From NCBI GenBank assembly GCA_963704755.1, contig OY969938.1:4200001-4232000 (forward strand): a stretch of DNA of 32,000 nucleotides. Direction: 5' to 3'. Both the position numbers and the translations under genes were made by a program. Each line of letters begins with the position of its first letter. The first letter of the stretch is position 1. Under the pieces are notes generated by a model. It had not been told where the DNA came from. It saw only the letters and a program-made list of their open reading frames with translations, and ran no database searches. Source of the DNA: an uncultured Chloroflexia bacterium. GTDB lineage: Bacteria > Chloroflexota > Anaerolineae > Anaerolineales > Anaerolineaceae. Shown piece after piece: positions 1-9,308 of this stretch.

Positions 1-142
1 GGTTTTTTGGCCGTTGGGCCAAACCATTACGAATAATCGTTGTGAGAATGTACAAGAGTCCGTTGGCGCAGGCTTCAGGCGTGACAATCGATCGGCTTAT
101 GCAGCGCTAACATGATCCCTGGCCGGTGGTTCAACTGAAATT

Positions 143-850
143 ATGAAAGAAATTCTGAGGTATCTAAAATCCTATGAGGTGTGGATTTATGCGGTGCTTG
201 GGTTGGGTCTGCTCTTTTCATTGCGGCATATCCTGCTCGCCCTGCATGAATTACGCATCTCTGTCTTTGGCCTCGAAAAGGAGACGGCTCAACGGCGCCT
301 GGGCGGCGCATTGTCGATCTTTGTATTTCTATGCATCCTGGGGATTGCCGAACTGGTCATGACCTCGGTGGTGTTCCCTGATTTCCCGAACGTTCAGGCT
401 CTTGCCACACCGACAGTGGATCTTTTGTCCACCCCGACGGAAACGCTCGCTCCGGCCTTGTTGCCTACCGCGACCCAGGTGGGTATTCCGACTATCGACG
501 TCTCGAACTCAACCGACGGCTGCGTAGCGGGCCAGATCGAATGGTCATCTCCAAAAGATGGCGACACATTGCAGGGCGTCGTCACCCTGGAAGGTACGGT
601 CAGCATCCCCAATATGGGCTTTTACAAATACGAGTATTCTCAGGCGGGGACCGACATTTGGGTGCCCATCGCTGCGGCGACGACCGGTGTGGTGAATGGC
701 CCGCTGGGTGGTACCGGCAGTGGTACCTGGGATACCAGCCAGGTGGATCCGGGAGATTATTTACTGCGCCTGGTGGTCACGGACAATGTCAACAATGTTT
801 TTGCTCCCTGTGTGGTTTCGGTAAGGATCATTGCTCCCAAGGAGAATTAA
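143..850 (+). CDS. Membrane-anchored hypothetical protein (N-terminal TM helices, Thr/Pro-rich linker, beta-rich C-terminal domain)
   Basis: ORF 143-850 with ATG start. Hydrophobic helices VWIYAVLGLGLLFSL and ALSIFVFLCILGIAELVMTSVV, a T/P-rich linker, and a C-terminal segment (VVTLEGTVSIP..YLLRLVVTDNVNNV) that looks Ig-like. The stop TAA abuts the next ATG. No family recognised. Confidence 0.55.
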   Translation: MKEILRYLKSYEVWIYAVLGLGLLFSLRHILLALHELRISVFGLEKETAQRRLGGALSIFVFLCILGIAELVMTSVVFPDFPNVQALATPTVDLLSTPTETLAPALLPTATQVGIPTIDVSNSTDGCVAGQIEWSSPKDGDTLQGVVTLEGTVSIPNMGFYKYEYSQAGTDIWVPIAAATTGVVNGPLGGTGSGTWDTSQVDPGDYLLRLVVTDNVNNVFAPCVVSVRIIAPKEN

Positions 851-1390
851 ATGCCAGAAGTTGAAATCAGGCCGGTCGTTGCAGCAGACATTCCCGAATT
901 GATGAAAATCGATCTTTCCAGCCAGAGCGAATACGTCTGGCAGATGGATCGTGCCATTGCAGATAACGAAGTCACCATCAGTTTCCGTGAAATCCGCTTA
1001 CCCCGCTCCATCCGAATCGAGTATCCACACGCGATCGACTGGACTGGCGGCAAAGTTGGCGGCCAAAACGGTATGCTTATTGCAGTCCTTAATGGAGCGC
1101 CGGTGGGGTATATCAATTTGGACGACGGCCAGGTTCCGCGTACAGGCTGGGTCAAAGACCTGGTTATCCAACCTCAGGTCCGCCGCCAGGGGATTGCGAT
1201 TGCACTGATTCTGGCAGGGCAGGAATGGGCCATCCGGCGCGGGCTGCGCCGCATGATTCTGGAAATGCACTCCAAGAACCACCCGGCGATCCGGTTGGCG
1301 TTGAAGTTGGGCTTCGAATTCAGTGGGTATAATGATCAATATTACGCTAACCAGGATATCGCGTTGTTTTTTGCCAGGATGCTCAGGTAG
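851..1390 (+). CDS. GNAT family N-acetyltransferase
   Basis: The ORF starts directly after the previous stop (TAAATG). The acetyl-CoA-binding-type region QPQVRRQGIAIALILAGQEWAIRRG and the C-terminal LKLGFEF are typical of the GNAT fold. Confidence 0.8.
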   Translation: MPEVEIRPVVAADIPELMKIDLSSQSEYVWQMDRAIADNEVTISFREIRLPRSIRIEYPHAIDWTGGKVGGQNGMLIAVLNGAPVGYINLDDGQVPRTGWVKDLVIQPQVRRQGIAIALILAGQEWAIRRGLRRMILEMHSKNHPAIRLALKLGFEFSGYNDQYYANQDIALFFARMLR

Positions 1391-1425
1391 CCTGGGTAAA
1401 ATATTTATTACAGGGTAATTAACGC

Positions 1426-3324
1426 TTGGTTATGATTATTAGCACGATCAACCAGATTTTGCTGGCCGGGACAGCCATCACGGCCATCTCTCTGCTGTTA
1501 TATTCACTGACTTTCAACTTGCGCGTGCGGGTAGCGCGCGCGTTCGCCTTGATTTTGGTTTGCCTGGTGATTATCTACACCGCCGAATCGCTGGCGAGTG
1601 TCTCAACCAATGACACCCAGCTAACCTTTTGGCTGCAGGCGCAATGGCTGGGGATTTCGTTTATTCCGGCTGCATATTTGCATTTTTCGGATGCAGTTCT
1701 GGCAACGACCGGTAAACCCAGCCGTGGGCGGCGAATTGCCGTCAGCCGGCTGTCCTACTTGATCTCTGGGATGTTCCTGATTACCCTGCCATTTGGCTAC
1801 CTGGTTGGCCAGGTAGCACCCGATCGCCTGCCGGCGCCGCATCTGCAAGCCACCTGGCTGACAGATTTATTCATGCTGTATTACATCGTGGTCATGCTGA
1901 TGGCCTGGTATAACTTTATCCGGGCCTGGCAGCGCACGGCCACGGCGACCAGCCGGCGGCGCCTGGGGTATTTGCTGGCCGGCGCCGGCGCCCCAGCCCT
2001 GGGTTCCATTCCCTTTTTGTTATTCAGTTCGGCCTTGGCATCGCGGCACATGCTCACCTTTTGGGCCATCTCAACCCTGGCCAACATTCTGGTGGGCGGG
2101 CTGGTGATCGTGATGGCCTATGCGGTCTCGTATTTTGGGGTACCCCAACCGGATCGGACGATCAAGGGCCGGCTGCTTAAGTGGATCTTGCGCGGGCCGG
2201 TGACGGCCAGCTTTACCCTGGCTTTGTCGACCATCACCCGCCGGATCGGTGAGGATTACGGGGCAGCTTATAACGCCTTTGTGCCGATCGTGATGGTGGC
2301 CACGATCCTGGTGTGCGAATATGGGGTGACCCTGTTTTTCCCGGTGCTGGAGCGCTGGTTACTGTACGGTAACGACAAGGACGAGATCGACATCCTGCGG
2401 ACCCTGGAGGAGCGCCTGATCACGCGCAACGACCTGCGCCAGTTCCTGGAAGTCATTTTGTCGGCGGTGTGCGACCACTTGCAAGCCCAGGGTGCCTATG
2501 TGGCCTCGCTCAACCCGGACGGCCTCGAGTTGGTGGTCAAAATTGGCCGGACCTTTTTCGACGGGAACGAAGCCGCCAAGGAACTAAGGCGGAACCTGAT
2601 CGAGAACGGCCAGGTGATGGAGATATTCAAATGGGGGGACGACGTTCTGGTGCCGCTGCTTGACCAGGATGAGGATGGCAATACGACCATCACCGGGCTG
2701 TTGGGTATCAGCGGTGCGGCTGAAGCCGAACTGGACGAGGAGCAAATGCACGCGCTGAACGGCTATAGTGAGCGGATTTCGCTGGCGTTGAACGACCGGC
2801 GTTTGCAGGAGAACGTCTTCCACGCCATGGGTGAGTTATCCTCGCGCGCCGAATACATCCAAAACCTGCGGGCGGCCTGGCGCTATGACCAGAGCCGGGT
2901 GCTGGAAGATGAAATTCCCCTGGCTGCAGCGGATTATTCGCAATGGGTCAAGGATGCCCTGGCGCACTATTGGGGCGGTCCGAAACTGACCGAGAGCCCC
3001 CTGCTCAAATTGCGCATCGTACAGCAGTTGGCTGAGAAATATGATGGAAATACCCCCAATGCCCTGCGGGCAATCTTAAAAGATGCCATCGAACGCACAA
3101 AACCCGCAGGAGATCGAAGGTTCACAGGCGAATGGGTGTTGTATAATATACTTGAAATGAAGTTCCTGGAGGGGAAAAAAGTCCGGGAAATCGCACTCCG
3201 TTTGGCCATGTCAGAAGCAGATTTATATCGCAAACAACGAGTTGCCATTGAAACCGTTGCCAGGACTATTCTGGAGATGGAAGCACAAAATGGTCACTCG
3301 CCAGAGTTGCAAAAAACGTTGTGA
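1426..3324 (+). CDS. Polytopic membrane protein with C-terminal sigma-70-region-4/LuxR-like HTH (putative membrane-tethered regulator)
   Basis: 632-aa ORF (TTG 1426, alternative ATG 1432). About 7 N-terminal TM helices, a central soluble region, and a C-terminal VREIALRLAMSEADLYRKQRVAIETVARTIL that resembles an HTH of the sigma-70 r4 type. Confidence 0.65.
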   Translation: MVMIISTINQILLAGTAITAISLLLYSLTFNLRVRVARAFALILVCLVIIYTAESLASVSTNDTQLTFWLQAQWLGISFIPAAYLHFSDAVLATTGKPSRGRRIAVSRLSYLISGMFLITLPFGYLVGQVAPDRLPAPHLQATWLTDLFMLYYIVVMLMAWYNFIRAWQRTATATSRRRLGYLLAGAGAPALGSIPFLLFSSALASRHMLTFWAISTLANILVGGLVIVMAYAVSYFGVPQPDRTIKGRLLKWILRGPVTASFTLALSTITRRIGEDYGAAYNAFVPIVMVATILVCEYGVTLFFPVLERWLLYGNDKDEIDILRTLEERLITRNDLRQFLEVILSAVCDHLQAQGAYVASLNPDGLELVVKIGRTFFDGNEAAKELRRNLIENGQVMEIFKWGDDVLVPLLDQDEDGNTTITGLLGISGAAEAELDEEQMHALNGYSERISLALNDRRLQENVFHAMGELSSRAEYIQNLRAAWRYDQSRVLEDEIPLAAADYSQWVKDALAHYWGGPKLTESPLLKLRIVQQLAEKYDGNTPNALRAILKDAIERTKPAGDRRFTGEWVLYNILEMKFLEGKKVREIALRLAMSEADLYRKQRVAIETVARTILEMEAQNGHSPELQKTL

Positions 3325-3381
3325 ATGTTATACTCTTTAATCAAGCCTTGTTTATTTGTACATGTTAGGGGAGGTGAATGT

Positions 3382-4332
3382 ATGGTGACCAAGAAAGCAG
3401 TACCCAGCCTGGAGGGATCTGTGAAAGAAACATTCGATGAGGGTTGGTGGGCTGCTGTTCTGTCGGACGAAGAATTGTGTACACCCGTTAAGAAAGATTT
3501 GGCACCAAAACCTGCAGCTCAACCGGCCGTCATGATCGTAGATTGGGATTATGTTCGTAAGGTATTCGAGCGCGACGAGATCGTCTCCTTGAAAGTTCAA
3601 GGTTTCAACAGGGGGGGATTATTGGTCCAGGGGAAGGGAATCCAGGGCTTTGTCCCTATTTCTCACCTGATCGAAATGCCCAACGGTGCTGAAGAGGAAG
3701 AACGAAAGAAGATCTTAATGGGGTACGTTGACAGGAACATCGATCTGAAAGTGATCGAATGTGAACCTGATCAAGAACGGATTGTTCTGTCCGAACGAGC
3801 AGCCCTGGCCGGCGAAGGTCAACGGAAGCTGATTTTCGAAACGTTGAAAGATGGGGCGGTATTAACCGGGCGAGTGACGAACGTGACCGACTTTGGCGTG
3901 TTCATCGACCTGGGCGGCGTCGAAGGATTGATCCACGTTTCGGAACTTTCCTGGGGTCGGGTGCAGCACCCTTCCAATGTCCTGAAAGTGGACCAGGAAG
4001 TACAGGTGCTGGTATTACAGGTGAGCGAAGAAAACGCACGGATTGCGTTGAGCCTGAAACGCCTGTATCCCAACCCGTGGGAATCGTTGATCAACCGCTA
4101 CAAACCGGGAGACGTCGTGCCGGGGGAGATCACTTCCCTGACAAATTACGGCGCATTTGCCCGGCTCGAAGAAGGCGTCGAAGGCTTGATTCATCTCTCG
4201 TCAATCAAGCTGCCGGCCGGTGTCAGTTCACTGGATCAGTACCTCACGGTGGGGCAGGAAGTAAACGTGCGTATTTTGCACATCGATATCGAACGCCGCC
4301 GGTTGGGACTTGGTCTGGTACAAGCTGAATGA
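3382..4332 (+). CDS. S1 RNA-binding domain protein (ribosomal protein S1-like, several S1 repeats)
   Basis: ORF 3325-4332. Preferred start is ATG 3382, preceded by GGGGAGG (3368-3374). Repeated S1 motifs: GLLVQGKGIQGFVPISHL, GRVTNVTDFGVFIDLGGVEGLIHVSEL, GEITSLTNYGAFARLEEGVEGLIHLSSI. Confidence 0.8.
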   Translation: MVTKKAVPSLEGSVKETFDEGWWAAVLSDEELCTPVKKDLAPKPAAQPAVMIVDWDYVRKVFERDEIVSLKVQGFNRGGLLVQGKGIQGFVPISHLIEMPNGAEEEERKKILMGYVDRNIDLKVIECEPDQERIVLSERAALAGEGQRKLIFETLKDGAVLTGRVTNVTDFGVFIDLGGVEGLIHVSELSWGRVQHPSNVLKVDQEVQVLVLQVSEENARIALSLKRLYPNPWESLINRYKPGDVVPGEITSLTNYGAFARLEEGVEGLIHLSSIKLPAGVSSLDQYLTVGQEVNVRILHIDIERRRLGLGLVQAE

Positions 4333-6510
4333 GCGGTCCTTCCGAAAAAAAGCAAAAATCCCCAACTAAAAAAAACGACGCACTCCCTGAAAGCGAATTG
4401 TCTAATTCATTTGCCGATCGCATCGGCGGTCTATTGCAGAAATTCGACCGCTTTACCTGGGATGTGGTTGGCGTTATTCTGATTGCTTTCAGCCTGGTGA
4501 CGGTGTTAGCCCTGGCCGGTTTGACCAAGGGCGTTTTACTCGACCCCTGGCGTAAGTTCCTGTTGGACGGGCTGGGGTCGGGCAGTTACCCGGCCTTTGT
4601 CCTGATCGGTTGGCTGGGGGTGTGGATTCTCCGCCGGCGGATGGAGAAAACCGCCCGCCTGAACCTGGGCCGGGTGCTCGCCCTGGAAGGCCTGGTCTTC
4701 GTGGCGATGGCCTTTCTTTCGCTGATCAATGGCAATGCCCTCGACCGGGCCGCCCAGGGGCAGGATGGCGGTGTTGTGGGCTGGGGATTGGCCAAGCTGG
4801 TCAGTTTGCTGCTGCCGCTGCCCTGGAGCACTATTTTACTGATCGTCCTGGGAGTGTGGTTTCTGCTGATCGGTTTCGGCGTGATGGACTGGATCGCGGG
4901 TGTGGTATCCCGCTGGCTGGCCTCTCCACTGCCCGAGGTCGATCTGGCCCAAATCCCTTTGCCCGAACCGGAAGCAGCCCCTTCAACAAATGGCGCGGAC
5001 AAGAAAAAAGGAATATCCGCAGAGGGCGGCATCCCCATCCCGGTGGTGGCCTCCCGGCGAGAAGAAAACCTGCCTCCGCTGACCCTATTGACCCAGGAAG
5101 AAGAGAATGGGATCGATGAAGACCGGATTCTGGCGGTGGCCAAAAAAATCGAGAAGACCCTGGCCGAGTTTGGTGTTCCTTCGCACGTAGCCGGGTATCG
5201 GGTTGGCCCCGCGATTACTCAATTTGCCGTCGAGCCGGGTTTCATCGAAAAAACCGGCCCGGATGGCAGTACCGTCCGGCAGAAAGTTAGAAGTCTCGCA
5301 AATCTCCAACCTTTCACGTGATTTGACCCTGGCGCTGGCAGCCGACCGCCTGCGCATCGAAGCGCCGGTGCCGGGCCATTCGTATGTGGGGGTGGAAGTG
5401 CCTAATTCCAGCACCAACCTGGTGCGGTTGCGGGCGATATTGGAATCGACAGAGTTCCACCAAATGGATTTGTCGCTGGCAATGGGCCTGGGTCGAGATG
5501 TATCCGGCCTGCCGGTAGTGGCCGACCTGACCCGTATGCCGCACATGCTGGTAGCCGGTACGACCGGTTCGGGTAAATCGGTGTGCCTGGCTTCGATCAT
5601 CACCTGTTTCGTGATGAACAATCCACCCAACCGCCTGAAGCTGGCTATCCTGGATCCCAAGATGGTCGAGCTGGTGCGGTTCAATGGCTTGCCGCACATC
5701 CTGGGCAAGGTGGAGACCGAGATCGAGCGCATGCTGGCCGTGCTGCGCTGGGCCCTGGCCGAAATGGACCAGCGCTACCGGCTGTTGGAAACGGCCAACG
5801 CACGTGACTTGAAAGCCTACAACCGTAAAGCGGAAAAGCGCGGCCAGGAGCCGCTGCCTTACGTGGTCATCATCATCGACGAATTGGCCGACCTGATGAT
5901 GTCGGCCCCGGACCAGACCGAGCACAGCCTGGTGCGGCTGGCCCAGATGGCCCGCGCGGTGGGCATCCACCTGGTGGTGGCCACCCAGCGGCCCAGTACC
6001 GACGTGGTTACCGGGTTGATCAAAGCCAATTTCCCGGCCCGGATCGCGTTTGCGGTGGCCTCATCGATCGATTCGCGGGTGATCCTGGACTCCAACGGCG
6101 CGGAAACGCTGTTGGGCCGCGGAGACATGCTCTTCCTCAACCCCGAATCAGGCGTACCTCAGCGTGCCCAGGGTGTACTCCTGCAGGATCAGGAAGTCAA
6201 CCGGGTGATCGGGTTCTGGCAGCGGGCGATGGCGCAGCGCGTAGAAGAAGCTGCTCCCTGGGAAGAAATGATCGAGGACGAAAGCGAGGAAGGCGACGAC
6301 CTGATCGATGAAGCCATCGAGCTCTTGCGCAAGACTTAACGAGCCAGCGCCAGTCTCCTGCAGCGCCGTCTGCGAATTGGCTTTCCCCGGGCGGCCCGCC
6401 TGTTGGATGAGCTGGAAGAGCGAGGCGTGGTCGGCCCGTCCCAAGGCGGAGGCAAAGACCGCGAGGTGTTGATCGATCCAGAGGACGCGGAAGCGGATAT
6501 CGATGATTAA
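4329..6510 (+). pseudogene. ftsK: DNA translocase FtsK/SpoIIIE, interrupted by one frameshift and one in-frame stop
   Basis: ORF 4329-5321 encodes the TM region plus linker, and its ATG overlaps the S1 gene stop as ATGA. It continues in the +1 frame (5290-6336) with Walker A VAGTTGSGKS and Walker B IIIDELADL. Removing one A at 5291/5292 reads QKVRVSQISNLSRDL, an FtsK-like junction. An in-frame TAA at 6337-6339 is followed, in the same frame (6340-6507), by [33 protein letters not shown], which is the FtsK gamma winged-helix domain. The final stop is 6508-6510. Confidence 0.85.
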
Positions 6511-6591
6511 GGCTTGGTACTGTTAGGCGTTCTCAAGTTAGCGATGACAACCCTTTTCTCGAGAAAGCCAGGCTGGTACAGGCTGCCATTC

Positions 6592-6620
6592 TTGACAGTT
6601 TGGGTCAGGTAAGATAGGAT
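6592..6620 (+). promoter_or_regulatory. Candidate sigma-70-type promoter upstream of the phosphatidyltransferase gene
   Basis: TTGACA (6592-6597), a 17-nt spacer, then TAGGAT (6615-6620), 53 nt upstream of the GTG start at 6673. Motif match only. Confidence 0.4.
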
Positions 6621-6672
6621 ACAGCCAACCCTGTAGCGGCAACCCGGGCTAAATTCCAATTGTGGGTGTTCT

Positions 6673-7302
6673 GTGGCACAATCAATTAATGACAAACAAC
6701 CAGGCAGTTTTACCGACCTACTGAGAGTACGGTTTAAAGGAATATTAGATCCGATCGGGATCTTCTTGAATAGCCTGGGAATCTATCCCAATACGATGAC
6801 ATTGCTTGGCCTGGTCGGGAATCTGGCGGCCGCATTTCTGATTGCCCGCGGCCAAATTGTTACCGGCGGGATCGTCGTCCTCTTGATGGGGCCGTTTGAT
6901 GCGGTTGACGGCACCATGGCGCGTCTGCGCGGTGAGCCGACTCGTTTCGGCGGGATTCTCGATTCGGTTGTGGACCGCTATTCGGAGCTGGTCATCCTGG
7001 GTGGGCTGTTGATCTATTTCACCGCGGCGGCCAACTGGCAGGGCGTGATTTTGTGCTACCTGGCAGCGGCCGGTTCGGTGCTGGTCTCGTATGTCAAGGC
7101 CCGTGCCGAAGCAGCCAGTTACCCGGTCAAAGGCGGCCTGTTGACCCGCGTGGAGCGCTATATCGTCACAGCGCTATTCCTGTTGATCAATCACGCGATT
7201 ATTGCGGTCTGGATTTTGGCCATTCTGGCAAACATTACCGCGGTACAGCGTCTGTGGATGGTTTACCGCCAGGCCCAGGCCCAAGGCGATATTTTGAAAT
7301 AA
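6673..7302 (+). CDS. CDP-alcohol phosphatidyltransferase family protein
   Basis: GTG start. The signature D-G-x2-A-R-x8-G-x3-D-x3-D is present as DAVDGTMARLRGEPTRFGGILDSVVDRYSE. Multiple TM helices. Confidence 0.85.
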   Translation: MAQSINDKQPGSFTDLLRVRFKGILDPIGIFLNSLGIYPNTMTLLGLVGNLAAAFLIARGQIVTGGIVVLLMGPFDAVDGTMARLRGEPTRFGGILDSVVDRYSELVILGGLLIYFTAAANWQGVILCYLAAAGSVLVSYVKARAEAASYPVKGGLLTRVERYIVTALFLLINHAIIAVWILAILANITAVQRLWMVYRQAQAQGDILK

Positions 7303-7357
7303 GCGGGTTATTCCGACCCGTTTTCAAATCAATTTAGAAAGGAAGTAGCAACCAAAG

Positions 7358-8221
7358 ATGCCAGAAGGTTTTAATATCGGCCCTATCACGGTTCATTTTT
7401 ACGGAATAATCATTATGTTTGGGGCGTTGATGGCTGCCTTGCTGGCGTCAAGGGAGGCCAAACGCCGGGGAATCGACCCGGATATGATCTGGGACATGCT
7501 GCCCTGGCTGTTGATCGCCGGTGTGATCGGCGCTCGCATCTGGCATATCCTCACCCCGCCGGCTTCGATGGTAGCGCGCGGTTTCACAACCCAATACTAT
7601 CTCACTCATCCGCTGGACGCGATTGCGATCTGGAACGGCGGCTTGGGGATTCCCGGCGCGGTCGTCGGAGGCGCACTGGCTTTATTTTGGTACTGCCGCC
7701 ACCGCAAGCAAAACTTCGCCACCTGGGTGGATATCATCGCCCCCGGTCTGGCCCTGGCACAGGCTATCGGCCGCTGGGGAAACTTTGTCAACCAGGAATT
7801 ATACGGCGCTCCGACCAACCTGCCCTGGGCCATTTACATCGACCCGGCCCACCGGCTGCCTGAATATGCCAATGTGGCCTATTATCACCCGCTGTTCGCC
7901 TATGAATGTATCTATTCGCTGATCAACATGGCCGTGCTGCTGTGGCTGGGACGCCGGATGGTGAACTGGCTGAAGCAGGGCGATATTTTCCTGGTTTATT
8001 TGATCATCTACCCAGTCGGGCGCTTTCTCCTGGAATTCCTGCGCCTGGATCCTTCCCCGGTTGCCGGGATCAATATCAACCAGACGCTCATGGCGGTGGT
8101 CGCCGTGGCGGCCGCAACGACTTTGATCTTGCGTCACCGCCTGGCAAAGCCCGCCGCTGAGGTTGAGGTGGATGGGGATGCTCAACCGGATGCGGTCATT
8201 TCTCCGGAAGAGGAGAAATAA
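7358..8221 (+). CDS. lgt: Prolipoprotein diacylglyceryl transferase
   Basis: GRWGNFVNQELYG and PWAIYI motifs, an N-terminal GPITVHFYGIIIMFG, and polytopic membrane topology typical of Lgt. Confidence 0.9.
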   Translation: MPEGFNIGPITVHFYGIIIMFGALMAALLASREAKRRGIDPDMIWDMLPWLLIAGVIGARIWHILTPPASMVARGFTTQYYLTHPLDAIAIWNGGLGIPGAVVGGALALFWYCRHRKQNFATWVDIIAPGLALAQAIGRWGNFVNQELYGAPTNLPWAIYIDPAHRLPEYANVAYYHPLFAYECIYSLINMAVLLWLGRRMVNWLKQGDIFLVYLIIYPVGRFLLEFLRLDPSPVAGININQTLMAVVAVAAATTLILRHRLAKPAAEVEVDGDAQPDAVISPEEEK

Positions 8222-8373
8222 TCCCCTCACCTGAATAGAGCGGGCGGAGTTATGCCTGACCCGCTGATTATCAAAACTGTAGGGCCGCAGCCGGGTAAAT
8301 GAAGGTATGATGGGTTAGTCTGGCTGCGGCCTATCTGTTTAAATCCTAAAGTCAGCCAGGTTAGCCGATTATC

Positions 8374-9308
8374 ATGATATTAACCGAAGACCTGACCAAG
8401 TATTTCGACGATTTTGCGGCCGTGCAGGGGGTCAATCTGAATGTTCCTTCCGGTCAGGTGTTGGCGCTTTTGGGACCGAACGGAGCCGGTAAAACCACCA
8501 CGGTGCGTATGCTGACCTCGATCCTGGTACCGACCCGCGGCCGGGCGGAAGTCGCCGGTTTCGACGTGGTGCGCGAGCCGGACCGGGTGCGCGCCTCGGT
8601 CGGCGTGCTGACCGAGCACCACGGCCTGTACGGGCGTATGAACGCCGAAGAATATCTGCAATTCTTTGGCGACCTGTACGGCTTAAAAAAGAAGATTTGC
8701 AGCGGCAAACCGATACGCTGCTGAGCCAGTTCGGACTGGCTGATGCGCGCCGCAAGCGCCTGGGCGAGTATTCCAAAGGGATGCGCCAGAAACTGGCCCT
8801 GGTGCGGGCGCTGATCCACGATCCGCCGGTGCTGCTGCTGGACGAGCCCACCTCGGCCATGGACCCGGAAAGCGCGCGAGTGGTGCGGGATGCCATTCGC
8901 GAACTGCGTTCCGAAAGTCGCACGATTGTGTTGTGTTCCCACAACCTGGCCGAAGCCGAGCAATTGGCCGACCAGATCGCCATCATCCGGCGCGGGCGGA
9001 TCATTTTGAACGGGCCACCGGCCGAGATCAAGCGCAAACTGCTCGGCCCAGAAGAATACGAACTGCGTTTTGCGGACGGGTACACGGCCTGGAGCGGAGA
9101 TTTGCTTCCGGGAATGGCCATCACCGGGCAAGGGGATCACTGGCTGCGGGTGAGCGTGGAAGATCCAACGCAGACCAATCCGCTGTTCCTGCGCCAACTG
9201 GTGCGGGCAAACCTGGATGTGGTCTCCTTTGGCGCCGTACCCCACAGCCTGGAAGAGGCCTACCTGGAAGCGGTAAGCCAGGCGGAAGGAGAGGATCATG
9301 GCGCTTGA
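8374..9308 (+). pseudogene. ABC transporter ATP-binding protein, split between two frames at an A6 run
   Basis: 8374-8724 encodes the Walker A half (GPNGAGKTT). 8697-9308, in the -1 frame, encodes the signature (YSKGMRQKLAL), Walker B (LLLDEPTSAMD) and H-loop (CSHN). The frame change maps to the A6 run at 8685-8690. One extra A, or a -1 slip, reads ..DLYGLKKEDLQRQTDTLL.. Confidence 0.85.

Noticed and set aside
1-142. Possible 3' end of an upstream gene and a small TTTGGCC/GGCCAAA hairpin (7-24)
   Set aside because: No ORF in the track, no motif, and no U-tract after the hairpin on either strand. There is not enough sequence to support a call.
3325-3381. Earlier start for the S1-domain gene
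   Set aside because: It abuts the previous stop with no RBS and encodes an odd hydrophobic/Cys peptide. ATG 3382 has GGGGAGG at the correct spacing.
5085-5970. 215-aa and 218-aa minus-strand ORFs inside ftsK
   Set aside because: They are antisense to the FtsK motor domain (Walker A/B on the plus strand), and their composition is typical of GC-rich shadow frames.
8279-8331. GTAG followed by a GGCCGCAGCC...GGCTGCGGCC hairpin with a 29-nt loop, reminiscent of the RAYT-flanking hairpins
   Set aside because: It is a single occurrence with only a 10-bp stem and no sequence similarity to the RAYT-flanking arms. GTAG alone is expected by chance. It may simply be an lgt terminator or attenuator structure.
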